From a virus (lineage: Duplodnaviria > Caudoviricetes): a stretch of DNA of 55,467 nucleotides. Position 1 is the first letter of the stretch; each line of letters opens with the position of its first letter. The DNA is taken from the IMG/VR virus record IMGVR_UViG_3300033515_000006, positions 1 through 55,467 of that record. One strand, given 5' to 3'. The translations under genes and the position numbers were made by a program. Under the pieces are notes generated by a model that was given only the letters and a program-made list of their open reading frames with translations, had not been told where the DNA came from and made no database searches. Positions 30,901 through 39,674 of this stretch are shown piece by piece.

Positions 30901-33469
30901 AAGACAAGATGAATTAGATAAATTAATTGAAGAAGATAAAAATCAATTAATAAAAGGAGTATCTGCGGATATCGATAAAGGTGATGCTAATATTTTTAGT
31001 ATATTAGATACTAAATCTAGATTTATGCAAATAGGTTGGAAATTAATTACTAAAATGCAATCTAAAATTAACGAATTAATTAGAAATTATGATTTTAAAC
31101 TTGATAAATTAAATACAGATTTAAAAAATGAAAAAGGTAAATACGATGTCAAAAATTTATTTGAAAAAGATAGTAATGGTCAAACTTTTATAAAAGGTGA
31201 ATACAATTTAAAATTTAGAGATAAATATATAAATGAATATTCTAAACTATTAGATGAATCTGTTCAACTTAGAAAAAAATTAACAGCAGAAGGTTTATCT
31301 ACTATTCAAATTCATTCAAACGCAGAATTAAAAGTAATATTTTCTAAACTTGCTAAATGGAGAGCTGAAAATACTAAAACTATAAAAGGTGTAATTTATC
31401 CAGCTGATAAATATAAAAATGTTTTAAATTTTTCAAAAGCAGAAAAAGCAATTTATGATGAATATTTAAAGCTTGTACACGAAGGAGTTAAACAATTTGG
31501 TAAAGATAATTCTTTATTAAGATCTAGTTTAAATGCTAATTATTATATGATACCATATCAAACAATTAGTAATTTAGAACGTTTAAAAGAAGGTAAATTA
31601 AATGTAGTAGATTTTGCAAAACAAAAATATACAGATATTGTTGATTGGAAAATAGATGAAATTGAAAATACTAAAAAAATGTTTACACCTTTAGGTAAAG
31701 AAATTCACAGAGTTCCTGTATTATATCGAAATAATATTACTAAATCTGAAGATGAAAAAGAATTTAATAAAAGATTAGCAGAACAATCTGTAGATTTATT
31801 AACATTAATGAGATTAGAATTTCATAATTTAACAAATCATTCTCAAAAAACTCAACATGAAACTGTTTTAAACGCGTTAGTAGATACTGCAAAATCTAAA
31901 AATTATACAAAAACAGATAGTAATGGTGGTTATATATCAAATGTATTTGGTAAAAATAAAAAAACAGTAACATTAGAAGGTTCTGATAGTAATACATATA
32001 AAAGATTAGAATCTATTGTAAATCAAACGTTATATAATCAATTTAATGAAGCAAGTATTAAAATTTTAGGTAAAGATATGAGTAAATTATCTAAATCTTT
32101 AATTAGTCATACTGCATTTTTAGGAATGACTGCTAATTATTTTTCTGCTCCTGTGAATATTTTAAATGCTGAATTTCAACAATTTATATTAAAAATTGGA
32201 GGTGATATTAAAAATGGAGCTTTAAGTTCTGCACATAAATTTTATTTTGCAGATATGCCTAATATTTTAAACGATGTTGGTAGACCTGTAAATCATTCTG
32301 TTACAAATCAATTAAATGAAATATTTGATATATTTGGTGGTTTAACTTCTGTTCAACAAGATTTTGTTAAAAATACAATATTAAAATCTATAATAGATCC
32401 TCAAATGTTACAAATAATGCAGTCTGGTGGTGAACATATGATTCAATCAATATTAAATATAGCTTTAATGAAATCTGTTAAAGTTATGAATTCTGAAAGT
32501 AAATATATTGATAAAACGGGTAAGATTGTAAAAGAAGAAAATGCAGCTACTTTATTTGATATGATTAATCAAGATAAAAATACTAAACAAGTTTCTTTTT
32601 CTGATAATTTTACATATACTAGTTTATCTACAAATACTAAATGGAATAATGGTGGTTTTGAAAACGTAAAACTTTATATTAAAAAGAAAGTTTCTGATAC
32701 GATGGGTCAACATGATAAAAATTATCAGTCAGAATATCAAAAACATTGGTGGGGTCAATTATTATCAATGTATCGAAAACACGTAGTGCCATTAGGTATT
32801 GCGCGATATAGAGGAGCAGGTAAAATGTTTGTTAATAAATTGGATTTATCTGAGGAAGATCTTCACTGGAATGAATTTCTTCAAATAAATGAAGAAGGTT
32901 ATTACACTACATTTGGTAGAATGTTTTTAGGAGGTTTTAATAAAGGTATCGTGAATGGTTTACAAAATTTAAAATATTCTGTATTAAAAGTAAAATGGAA
33001 TGAATTATCTAATTATGAAAAATCTAATATTAAAAAAGCAACTGCTGAATTTTCAACTTTAGCATTATTAAACTTTGTAATCATACCTTTACTCGCTGGT
33101 TTAGGTGGTGATGGAGATGATGATGATTATTTAGTTTATTTATTAATGGAAAGTAGAAGACTTGAACAAGAATTAGGTTCTTATACAGACCCTAATGATG
33201 CATATAAAATAACTAAAAGTCCAACTGCTACATTAAGTTTAATCAATAATTCAATAAGTGTTGGTAAATTTGTTGTAAGTCCAACAAGTTGGTTTTCTAC
33301 TAATGAAAAAGGAGAATTAAGATTTTTAAATGCTTTAGAAAAAGTAACAATTCCAAGTGCATTAAGACCTGATACAACAGCTAAAACAGCATTAAAACAA
33401 ATGGATCAAGGACTAAGTGTTCCTTACAATGAAACAATTTTTTACAAGTTATTTAATGAAAATAACTAA
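27956..33469 (+). CDS. Giant virion cargo protein with zincin metallopeptidase-like domain
   Basis: HEVVH (29852-29866) plus downstream AEFIAE; hydrophobic C-terminal segment. Confidence 0.7.
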   Translation: MKNCVNFNSPDVVKLAGELNVSPAVAAAKIGLWQSKNNIEDRFPTKDELFQSNEVNTTLKAVDILQSDKAKQVFEKGNKNGWDLNKILTELQIPKEQKQLILDLGVTDREQIALELASNYSYSVKIDITKENIRSGVKEIEEDNYDTLYSPSENKYYSYSEELGWMQTDENNRNQEFDINPPEDAKPYQKNTRFEDNYVELNSSHYSNLTVPGGTNYTENEISTPLITPSIKGHAQFATDNGIGWFRSDDALVNNGLTQQELDNIPQEYLEESLHNTKTRRILEVQSDLFQKGRDKEWLSREMDSLTPEEVANEPEWLRPIGTIVKSDSKKNAFLNLLIKDNNWVTFFVKSIIQDSQKKGYEKVLFPSGDTASKVEGHSTLEEFKKQKEDRIKELEKRKKEGTETVERYLLDDNNEPYSSVNVKIDEEINQLKQELERVETEGFGALKPIYNFYENTVTNILNKTYGKDNVKVITDEYGNTWNEVTLDNKRDESTIFMKQVDMSNIIDDSVETIFPDTKSETIEQSDDNQNHKLLFGDENIKTLSATEVLKNLISSDTFNNSKDEGFFLEKMMNLLNKSGAKLKLITDVNDINYQKFDSKTVMLYDAITNTIYVNDTSLNNFDKQTLASAFIHEVVHSTTLRAYFAPRTFEEREFRDFIDKSFFQYKYLSEKRDSEGNLMYGFTNQAEFIAEIYSNPAFRAEIESIDKKWFDKFIDAVRRLYEMIKNGFNTDLIKSAVLFNIVDEFATKQSVNYKGTLVKDPRFERFGKSEFAKKVEGDKIRNLDERLENLINIQKDNISQIIRRAQSNNKKHGVKNKEFINVVKKLEEELHTAAQTDKLKAINTYVDFMVYQIDKIKNLMEKSTNKTETLDIIERYKTYLGASDLLKPVTDTLVDTDIKDLSEEQQLYNKEILRKIGEVGGYYNILQAEFTAHINKELINELNDPYYSEIVIQEFRNTIGKDYPKDSELSKNEWINQEVVKRQDELDKLIEEDKNQLIKGVSADIDKGDANIFSILDTKSRFMQIGWKLITKMQSKINELIRNYDFKLDKLNTDLKNEKGKYDVKNLFEKDSNGQTFIKGEYNLKFRDKYINEYSKLLDESVQLRKKLTAEGLSTIQIHSNAELKVIFSKLAKWRAENTKTIKGVIYPADKYKNVLNFSKAEKAIYDEYLKLVHEGVKQFGKDNSLLRSSLNANYYMIPYQTISNLERLKEGKLNVVDFAKQKYTDIVDWKIDEIENTKKMFTPLGKEIHRVPVLYRNNITKSEDEKEFNKRLAEQSVDLLTLMRLEFHNLTNHSQKTQHETVLNALVDTAKSKNYTKTDSNGGYISNVFGKNKKTVTLEGSDSNTYKRLESIVNQTLYNQFNEASIKILGKDMSKLSKSLISHTAFLGMTANYFSAPVNILNAEFQQFILKIGGDIKNGALSSAHKFYFADMPNILNDVGRPVNHSVTNQLNEIFDIFGGLTSVQQDFVKNTILKSIIDPQMLQIMQSGGEHMIQSILNIALMKSVKVMNSESKYIDKTGKIVKEENAATLFDMINQDKNTKQVSFSDNFTYTSLSTNTKWNNGGFENVKLYIKKKVSDTMGQHDKNYQSEYQKHWWGQLLSMYRKHVVPLGIARYRGAGKMFVNKLDLSEEDLHWNEFLQINEEGYYTTFGRMFLGGFNKGIVNGLQNLKYSVLKVKWNELSNYEKSNIKKATAEFSTLALLNFVIIPLLAGLGGDGDDDDYLVYLLMESRRLEQELGSYTDPNDAYKITKSPTATLSLINNSISVGKFVVSPTSWFSTNEKGELRFLNALEKVTIPSALRPDTTAKTALKQMDQGLSVPYNETIFYKLFNENN

Positions 33470-33474
33470 AGGAT

Positions 33475-33516
33475 AAAAAAAAAGGTGATATACTTAATTG
33501 TATATCACCTTTTTTT
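33475..33516. terminator. Bidirectional terminator between the convergent arms
   Basis: A-run, GGTGATATAC/GTATATCACC stem, T-run. Confidence 0.92.
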
Positions 33517-33519
33517 GTT

Positions 33520-33705
33520 TTATTTTATTTCTATATTTAATTCATCAACAACCATCCATTGACAATCATTTGAATTTAAATTTATTTCTTCAGATTCTAT
33601 AAAATCAATACAATCTTCCCAAATATTTTCATCATAATCATAAACTAAAACATTTTGAGTTTTAAAATCTAAAATTATAATTTTCTTTTTATTATAATTA
33701 CTCAT
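33520..33705 (-). CDS. Hypothetical acidic protein
   Basis: 61-aa ORF in a tightly packed operon. Confidence 0.6.
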   Translation of the reverse strand: MSNYNKKKIIILDFKTQNVLVYDYDENIWEDCIDFIESEEINLNSNDCQWMVVDELNIEIK

Positions 33706-33874
33706 TTAACTTTTTTCGATGTTCTTTAAGTTTTAGTTCTAACAATTCTAAATTAAATGTAACAGGACCATATTCTCCATCTGAAGTATCAAAAATTACT
33801 TTATTATTTTCAATTTTTAAAATTCCAAATCTACCATAATTTACTTCTTTTTCTATAATAATTGTTTTAACCAT
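33698..33874 (-). CDS. Hypothetical 58-aa protein (not in ORF track)
   Basis: MVKTIIIEKEVNYGRFG...KKLNE; fills the gap and overlaps both neighbours. Confidence 0.65.
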   Translation of the reverse strand: MVKTIIIEKEVNYGRFGILKIENNKVIFDTSDGEYGPVTFNLELLELKLKEHRKKLNE

Positions 33875-34668
33875 TATGATCTTCCTTTAAATTCAGGATA
33901 TAATTCTTTTCCTTTATCAGATTGCCAGTATTCTTTAGTATCAATATCCATAATACTAACTTTACCAAACCATCCTCCACCTGTGTCTAAATTCCATATA
34001 TTAGCAGCATTCATAGGTGTATCTTGTCCCCAAAATTCAGTAGATGTATGTCCTATAAATACTTCATTATAATCACCTACCATTTTAAATTTTGGATTTT
34101 CAATACCTTCAATAGCAGATATTTGACCATAACTTAAAGCTTGTGACCATAAATCTCTATCCCACCATAATATATCACCTTGTTCTTCTAACGGAAAATG
34201 TCGATTAAAACCTCCGTGAACAAATAAATTATTATTATTATCTAAATAATAAGGTAGTTGATTTTCAAAAAATTTAATATGTTTATCAGGTACATCATTA
34301 GTTTTAATTGTATGATTAATTCCAAACTTATTGTACTCAAACCATTCTGCGTCAGGTCTTGAATGTTTTAAATAACTTAAACCTGTAGCTTTTTGACCTT
34401 GACCCCAATTAGAAGGATTTATACCTGTTTGTAACCATTGTAAAAACCAATCATCATGATTTCCTTTAATAGCGATTAAATTTTTAATTTTAAGTAATTC
34501 TTCAACTACTTCAAAACTTTCACAATGACCATCTACGACATCCCCTAAAGAAATTAATGTATCAGTATCATTATTAAAATTACATCGCTCTAAACATTGT
34601 TTAAATCCTTTAAAATTACCATGCAGGTCACCCACAACTAATGTTCTACCTTTATTTTTTATTTCCAT
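33874..34668 (-). CDS. Metallophosphoesterase, PPP/lambda NinI-like
   Basis: GDLHG, GDVVD, GNHD, FVHGG, GHT and LDTG motifs. Confidence 0.9.
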   Translation of the reverse strand: MEIKNKGRTLVVGDLHGNFKGFKQCLERCNFNNDTDTLISLGDVVDGHCESFEVVEELLKIKNLIAIKGNHDDWFLQWLQTGINPSNWGQGQKATGLSYLKHSRPDAEWFEYNKFGINHTIKTNDVPDKHIKFFENQLPYYLDNNNNLFVHGGFNRHFPLEEQGDILWWDRDLWSQALSYGQISAIEGIENPKFKMVGDYNEVFIGHTSTEFWGQDTPMNAANIWNLDTGGGWFGKVSIMDIDTKEYWQSDKGKELYPEFKGRS

Positions 34669-34781
34669 ATTTTATAATCTTGAAAAATTCTACTTGTATT
34701 ATTTTGTAACCATTTTTTATAAATAAGTTTACCATTATAATACAAGTAAAATTCTGTTTTTGTTAATATTTTATTAAACAT
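34659..34781 (-). CDS. Hypothetical 40-aa protein (not in ORF track)
   Basis: MFNKILTKTEFYLYYNGKLIYKKW...; overlaps both neighbours. Confidence 0.5.
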   Translation of the reverse strand: MFNKILTKTEFYLYYNGKLIYKKWLQNNTSRIFQDYKIWK

Positions 34782-35283
34782 TTATTAACTCACTTAATAA
34801 TTTAGGTTTGTAATCTATTACTTCAGCAGATACATTAATATAACGTTTATCTGGTAAAGTATTTTGATGTACATGACCGTGAATATTAATGTTAAATCTA
34901 TATTCAAGTTCTTGAGGATGAACAGGAATGTGACTAAAAATAATGTTTCCGAATTCTTTATGTCTTAAATATTGTGAAGCAGATACATTATTAACATATT
35001 TTAATAATTCAGGTACATGTTGAGGTTCATCGTGATTACCAAGTATTACTTTTTTAATACCGTTTAACTGATTTAACCAATAATATTCAGATGATTTTTC
35101 CATTGTGATATCTCCTAAAATCCATGTAACATCTTTTTTAGACACAACTTTATTCCATTCTTTTACAATATGTTCATTCATATGAAATTCATCGTTAAAT
35201 CCTCTTCTTAATGCCATATTCTTGTGCCCAAAATGTGTATCTGAAATATACCTAACGACTGACATTTTTTTCAATTTTATCAA
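34774..35283 (-). CDS. Small calcineurin-like phosphoesterase
   Basis: SDTHFGH, LGD, GNHD, SHIP and HGHVH; true start probably MSVV (35265). Confidence 0.88.
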   Translation of the reverse strand: MIKLKKMSVVRYISDTHFGHKNMALRRGFNDEFHMNEHIVKEWNKVVSKKDVTWILGDITMEKSSEYYWLNQLNGIKKVILGNHDEPQHVPELLKYVNNVSASQYLRHKEFGNIIFSHIPVHPQELEYRFNINIHGHVHQNTLPDKRYINVSAEVIDYKPKLLSELINV

Positions 35284-35584
35284 TTATAGATGCTTTTTTA
35301 ATTATAAGATAAATTATATTATCTCCAAACTTTTCATCTAATAATTCTTTTGTTGGTAATTTACCATCTACTAAATCATTTGTTATATCTGCAATAGATA
35401 TTTCATGTTTTAATAAAAATCCATCTAATACTTTTTCACGTATTAATCCACTACGTTGTGAACCAATATCAAAATTATGAAATGGATTATTATTCCTGCG
35501 ATATTCTCGCGCTTTTACTTTAAGTACATTTGAGATTTGTTCACAAACTTCATCTACTACTTCATCAAATCTTTTTTCTGTCAT
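35252..35584 (-). CDS. All-helical DUF1599-like (nucleotide-modification-associated) protein
   Basis: KAREY...PFHNF...EKFGDNIIY pattern. Confidence 0.45.
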   Translation of the reverse strand: MTEKRFDEVVDEVCEQISNVLKVKAREYRRNNNPFHNFDIGSQRSGLIREKVLDGFLLKHEISIADITNDLVDGKLPTKELLDEKFGDNIIYLIIKKASIIDKIEKNVSR

Positions 35585-35585
35585 A

Positions 35586-36077
35586 TTATTTATTTTTATA
35601 AAAACTTAACCAATAATCATCAAAATTAGGATTACTATCATATAAACATAATTCAAACTCTCCATTTAATTTTTTACTTATATTTATTAAATTTTTAAAT
35701 TCTAATTTATTATAAGTTCTAATAGTACTTACATATTTTTTACTTTTTATATTATAAACAGTTGGTTGTAAACTTCTTTTATTTAAAACATAATGTGTTT
35801 CTGCATAAATAGCTTTATCTACGTATTCTTTATAATAAGCAGATTCTATTTTGACTCTAACTATTTCAGATTTTAATTTTAAAAGTAAATTACCAACATA
35901 ATCTTGACATTCATTGTAGGTTTTAAACTTTTTTTGAACACAACACATATATTCATTACCTACAATATTGTGATTAATATCTAATAAATTAATAGATAAT
36001 GTTTTTAAACCTAAATATTCAAATTCTTTTAAAATAGTTTCATCTTTACCTGTTATATGTATTTCAAATAATTTCAT
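35586..36077 (-). CDS. Hypothetical protein
   Basis: 163-aa ORF with FEIHIT, RVKIE and ETH motifs; no family recognised. Confidence 0.6.
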   Translation of the reverse strand: MKLFEIHITGKDETILKEFEYLGLKTLSINLLDINHNIVGNEYMCCVQKKFKTYNECQDYVGNLLLKLKSEIVRVKIESAYYKEYVDKAIYAETHYVLNKRSLQPTVYNIKSKKYVSTIRTYNKLEFKNLINISKKLNGEFELCLYDSNPNFDDYWLSFYKNK

Positions 36078-36089
36078 ATTTAAAAAATT

Positions 36090-36122
36090 AAAGCCACTAC
36101 CTTAATTGATAGTGGCTTTTTT
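36090..36122. terminator. Terminator-like hairpin
   Basis: AAAGCCACTA/TAGTGGCTTT stem, intergenic. Confidence 0.7.
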
Positions 36123-36126
36123 ATTA

Positions 36127-36873
36127 TTATTCATTTACAACAATAGTCCACATAGTAATTGTAATACCAGTATTAGGATTTCTTGTTTCAACTCTTGTAG
36201 TAGATACTTCATCTAAAGATTCTTTTAACATTGGTAATTCATTAATAGAACGATTTGTAGTTGATAATATTAAAAGACCCGTTTTAACTACAGCTTCTTC
36301 ACCTTGAAAATAACTAATCATATCTTGAACTAAAGCTTTAGTAATATCAGACATTACTTCATCAAGATTAAAATCTTCAGTTAATGTAAAGTTTTCTCTA
36401 TTATTTTGAATATAAGCTTGAAGTTCATTATTTAAATTACGAATATCACCTTTTAAACCATCAATACCATAAATTTGTGAAACACCACAAGAAATATTTG
36501 TATCAGAAATAGATAATTGATTAATTCTTTTTGAATATGTAAATCCTGGAATAAATGTAATATCTATTTGAAAATTAAGATCATCATTATCACTACTTTC
36601 ATGAATATTTGTAACAATATTAAGTTCTTCTACTTGAGGAATAACTCTAACTGGAACAGGAATTGGTTCTACTCTACGTGGTTGTCTAGGTACTCTTTGA
36701 GGAACTACAATTTCTTCTATTATTTCATCAAATAATGATTTACAATAGTTTTTCTGAACTCCTTTATCATTTATAAGAGAATAACGAGTTTCAGATTCAT
36801 TTACTACTTCATATTCACTATTTAAAGAAATTGAAATTACATTTCCTAATTTTTTACATTTAATTCTTTTCAT
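36127..36873 (-). CDS. Hypothetical two-domain protein with Pro/Arg linker
   Basis: 248-aa ORF with VPQRVPRQPRRVEPIPVPVR linker. Confidence 0.6.
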   Translation of the reverse strand: MKRIKCKKLGNVISISLNSEYEVVNESETRYSLINDKGVQKNYCKSLFDEIIEEIVVPQRVPRQPRRVEPIPVPVRVIPQVEELNIVTNIHESSDNDDLNFQIDITFIPGFTYSKRINQLSISDTNISCGVSQIYGIDGLKGDIRNLNNELQAYIQNNRENFTLTEDFNLDEVMSDITKALVQDMISYFQGEEAVVKTGLLILSTTNRSINELPMLKESLDEVSTTRVETRNPNTGITITMWTIVVNE

Positions 36874-36875
36874 TG

Positions 36876-37172
36876 TTATATGTTTTTATATTTTTTTATT
36901 ATTATATATTTATAAAATTTATTTAATTTGTGTAACACACGATCTTTAATAGCATCTTTTGAATATATTTCTTCAAGAACTTTCATTCTTATTTTTACAT
37001 CTCCAATTTCCTCTATTACTTTTTCATCAGATACTAAATCTGGCTTATTTTGTTTTTGTTGAAGAATTAAAGACAACTCTAATAATTCTTCAATTGTTTT
37101 ATTTATAGTATAATTACGATCATTTACATTTAATAAATGGTTATATACTATATCTTTATGTTCTTGTTCCAT
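36876..37172 (-). CDS. MazG-like NTP pyrophosphohydrolase fold protein
   Basis: KTIEELLEL...VIEEIGDV (ExxE...ExxD). Confidence 0.65.
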   Translation of the reverse strand: MEQEHKDIVYNHLLNVNDRNYTINKTIEELLELSLILQQKQNKPDLVSDEKVIEEIGDVKIRMKVLEEIYSKDAIKDRVLHKLNKFYKYIIIKKYKNI

Positions 37173-37433
37173 TTATTTAATATTTTCAAGTGGATAAGCA
37201 TTTAAAATTGAATCTTTGTTTATAGAAGCATCATAATTATGACATTTTACAGTTTTAATATCACTACTATGTTTCCATCCAGAATTGTGTAAGTATAAAT
37301 TAGCTTTTTCACTTGCTTCTTTTAAAGCTGCATCTACATGAAGTTTAGCAAATTCAATCATTACCGAATAAACATCATCATTTCTATCAAATTTTGATTT
37401 ATATAATTCTTTTACTGTTAGTATTTTACTCAT
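37173..37433 (-). CDS. Hypothetical protein
   Basis: 86-aa ORF with MIEFAKLHV...SILNAYPLENIK. Confidence 0.6.
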   Translation of the reverse strand: MSKILTVKELYKSKFDRNDDVYSVMIEFAKLHVDAALKEASEKANLYLHNSGWKHSSDIKTVKCHNYDASINKDSILNAYPLENIK

Positions 37434-37437
37434 TTTA

Positions 37438-37539
37438 TTATTCTTTAATCATATGATACAAACCTATTACAATACATATTGTTCCTGAAATGAGTATTAC
37501 TGATAAGCAAATGCTTAATATGTTTTCCATTATTTCCAT
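37438..37539 (-). CDS. 33-aa single-TM peptide (not in ORF track)
   Basis: MEIMENILSICLSVILISGTICIVIGLYHMIKE; fills the intergenic gap. Confidence 0.5.
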   Translation of the reverse strand: MEIMENILSICLSVILISGTICIVIGLYHMIKE

Positions 37540-37547
37540 TATTTTAA

Positions 37548-38822
37548 TTATTTATATTTATTATATTGTTCAATAGCTTCTGATGAATTTTCACATATAA
37601 TATAATTATATTCTTTGCAATTTTGAACCATTTTATTGAACCAAACTACTTCTTGAGTACCTTCAGTCACAATTACAAAAACATGACCTAATTTGTCATT
37701 ATTTTGTCTTAAACGACCTACTTTTTGTATAAAATCTACTTCATTACTATAATAATCTTTTATAATACAAATATCTAAACCTGGTAAATTTTTACCTTGT
37801 TTTAATTTTTTAAACGAACCTATTGATTTAATTTCATTTCTATTAAGTTTATTGATAATTAAATCATTTTCTTCATCTGTATTATTGGAAGATACTACTT
37901 GATTAGGTATAATTCTTTCTAAAGATTCTAAAGAATTACCAAATATAATAGTTTTTTCATCAATTTTATTTAATAATATTTTAACAATAACATCTTTACT
38001 TTTTAAATTATATAATAATTTACTTCTTTTTGAAGCAATTTTTTTAATTTCTAAATCTTTACGTATTTCAAAATCTACAATTAATTCATTTGGTTTTTGT
38101 TCTAATATTAAAGTTTCATTAAATTTATTATTAATATATTTATAAGCATCAACTTCAGTTTGCCAAAATATAACTTTAGAATTACCTGCTTTAATACATT
38201 TCATGTTAGAATTTAAATTATTTTTAACAACATATATATTTAATTTACGAGATGTACCATCAATTTGTCCATCAGAAGTTGTATATGTAAAACAAATTGG
38301 TGCAATTTCATTAATCATGTCAATTTTATTAACCATTGTTTTACCAAAAAATCCAACTAAATCATTATCTCTTTTTAAACAATAATATTGACTTGCTGAT
38401 ATTGTTGCACTTAACCCAATTATTGCATCATAATCATTATATATATGAAATTTAACATATTCTGGACTTAATTGGTCATGTATTTCATCACAGCCTACTA
38501 AACCAAATTTAAAATTTTTCCATTTATAAACAGTTTGATAACAATAAAAATCTAAACTATAATCTTTATGTACATCAACATTAAATATTTTATTATATTT
38601 TATAATTTCAGCTTCTAAATCTTTTTGTCTTTCTGTAGTTTCCGCTAAAAATATATGTTTAATATCTTTTCTATTTTTTGGCATGGTATATAATGCTTTT
38701 AAAAATATAAAATTTTTACCACTACCAGTAATAGATTCTACAGTTCCTTTTTTTTGTGTTTTATATATCCAATTTTCAATTGCTTTATCTTGGATATTAT
38801 TTTTTAGTTGATTTAATTCCAT
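37548..38822 (-). CDS. Superfamily 2 helicase
   Basis: TGSGKN, CDEIHD, LSAT, QGKNLP and QKVGR motifs. Confidence 0.85.
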   Translation of the reverse strand: MELNQLKNNIQDKAIENWIYKTQKKGTVESITGSGKNFIFLKALYTMPKNRKDIKHIFLAETTERQKDLEAEIIKYNKIFNVDVHKDYSLDFYCYQTVYKWKNFKFGLVGCDEIHDQLSPEYVKFHIYNDYDAIIGLSATISASQYYCLKRDNDLVGFFGKTMVNKIDMINEIAPICFTYTTSDGQIDGTSRKLNIYVVKNNLNSNMKCIKAGNSKVIFWQTEVDAYKYINNKFNETLILEQKPNELIVDFEIRKDLEIKKIASKRSKLLYNLKSKDVIVKILLNKIDEKTIIFGNSLESLERIIPNQVVSSNNTDEENDLIINKLNRNEIKSIGSFKKLKQGKNLPGLDICIIKDYYSNEVDFIQKVGRLRQNNDKLGHVFVIVTEGTQEVVWFNKMVQNCKEYNYIICENSSEAIEQYNKYK

Positions 38823-39459
38823 TTATTTTCATTATTTTTGCATAACTTTTTTTGGAGTTATCATCTAATTTATATTTTTCAAAATCAATAAAATCACTAA
38901 AATTTCCATTAATTCCTTCATTTAATTCTAAAATTTTATTAATTTCTAATTTATTTAATATTTTACAACCTTGGTTAAACATTAAAATATGATTTGAATT
39001 GAAATAATTACTAATTTCTTTTGATTTAATAGATATATTACAAGAAGTTGTAAATAATAAACCTCTATCTTTTTTTGGAAAATATTTACACATTTGTATA
39101 AAATGTTTAGCGATTGATCTAAAATCATCATTGTTATTTTGATATAAACATCTAATTAACATTCCTGAATAACATAAATAAGAATGTTTTTTAATAATTT
39201 TATCAATTACAAAACTAATATATAATTCATTATTTTTAATACTTGTTGTAAAAGGTAAAACACTTATTTTTTGTATTTCTTTTAAATATAAAGTTCTATC
39301 TTCTTCTGTAAAAAAATCTAAATATTCTTTTTTTAAAATTATAGAAGCACTTTTTAATTCATCATCTATATTTCTTATTTGATAATTAAAATTTGAAAAA
39401 CAACCTTGACCATAAGTAATATTATTATTTATTTCATAATTATCTCCATCTATATACAT
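38797..39459 (-). CDS. Hypothetical protein
   Basis: 220-aa ORF; no recognised motif. Confidence 0.6.
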   Translation of the reverse strand: MYIDGDNYEINNNITYGQGCFSNFNYQIRNIDDELKSASIILKKEYLDFFTEEDRTLYLKEIQKISVLPFTTSIKNNELYISFVIDKIIKKHSYLCYSGMLIRCLYQNNNDDFRSIAKHFIQMCKYFPKKDRGLLFTTSCNISIKSKEISNYFNSNHILMFNQGCKILNKLEINKILELNEGINGNFSDFIDFEKYKLDDNSKKSYAKIMKINGIKSTKK

Positions 39460-39489
39460 TTTTTATATTTTTATATTTTTAATAAATAA

Positions 39490-39656
39490 AGTAGATGACA
39501 GGATTTAAACCTGCATTATACGTCTATAATCCACACGAGTTCCCAAAGTTACGATATACCCTCTACAGTTATTATATATCTCTCGACTTCACGTTTTAAT
39601 ACAAAGATTAAAGGTCATGTAATTGTGGTGCGTCTGTCAATTTCCGCCACATCTAC
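39490..39656 (-). ncRNA. tRNA-like RNA (class II/Leu-type frame) with an 88-nt insert in place of the anticodon loop
   Basis: Acceptor GTAGATG/CATCTAC, D arm GCG/CGC, stem CCACA/TGTGG, variable hairpin ATTATA/TATAAT, T arm GCAGG-TTTAAAT-CCTGT. Confidence 0.75.
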
Positions 39657-39674
39657 TTTATTATTTATTATTTA

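Noticed and set aside
39490-39656. tmRNA or self-splicing-intron-containing tRNA
   Set aside because: Has a full D stem, no G3-U70 alanine identity pair, and the 88-nt insert is too short for a tag ORF with pseudoknots or a ribozyme core.
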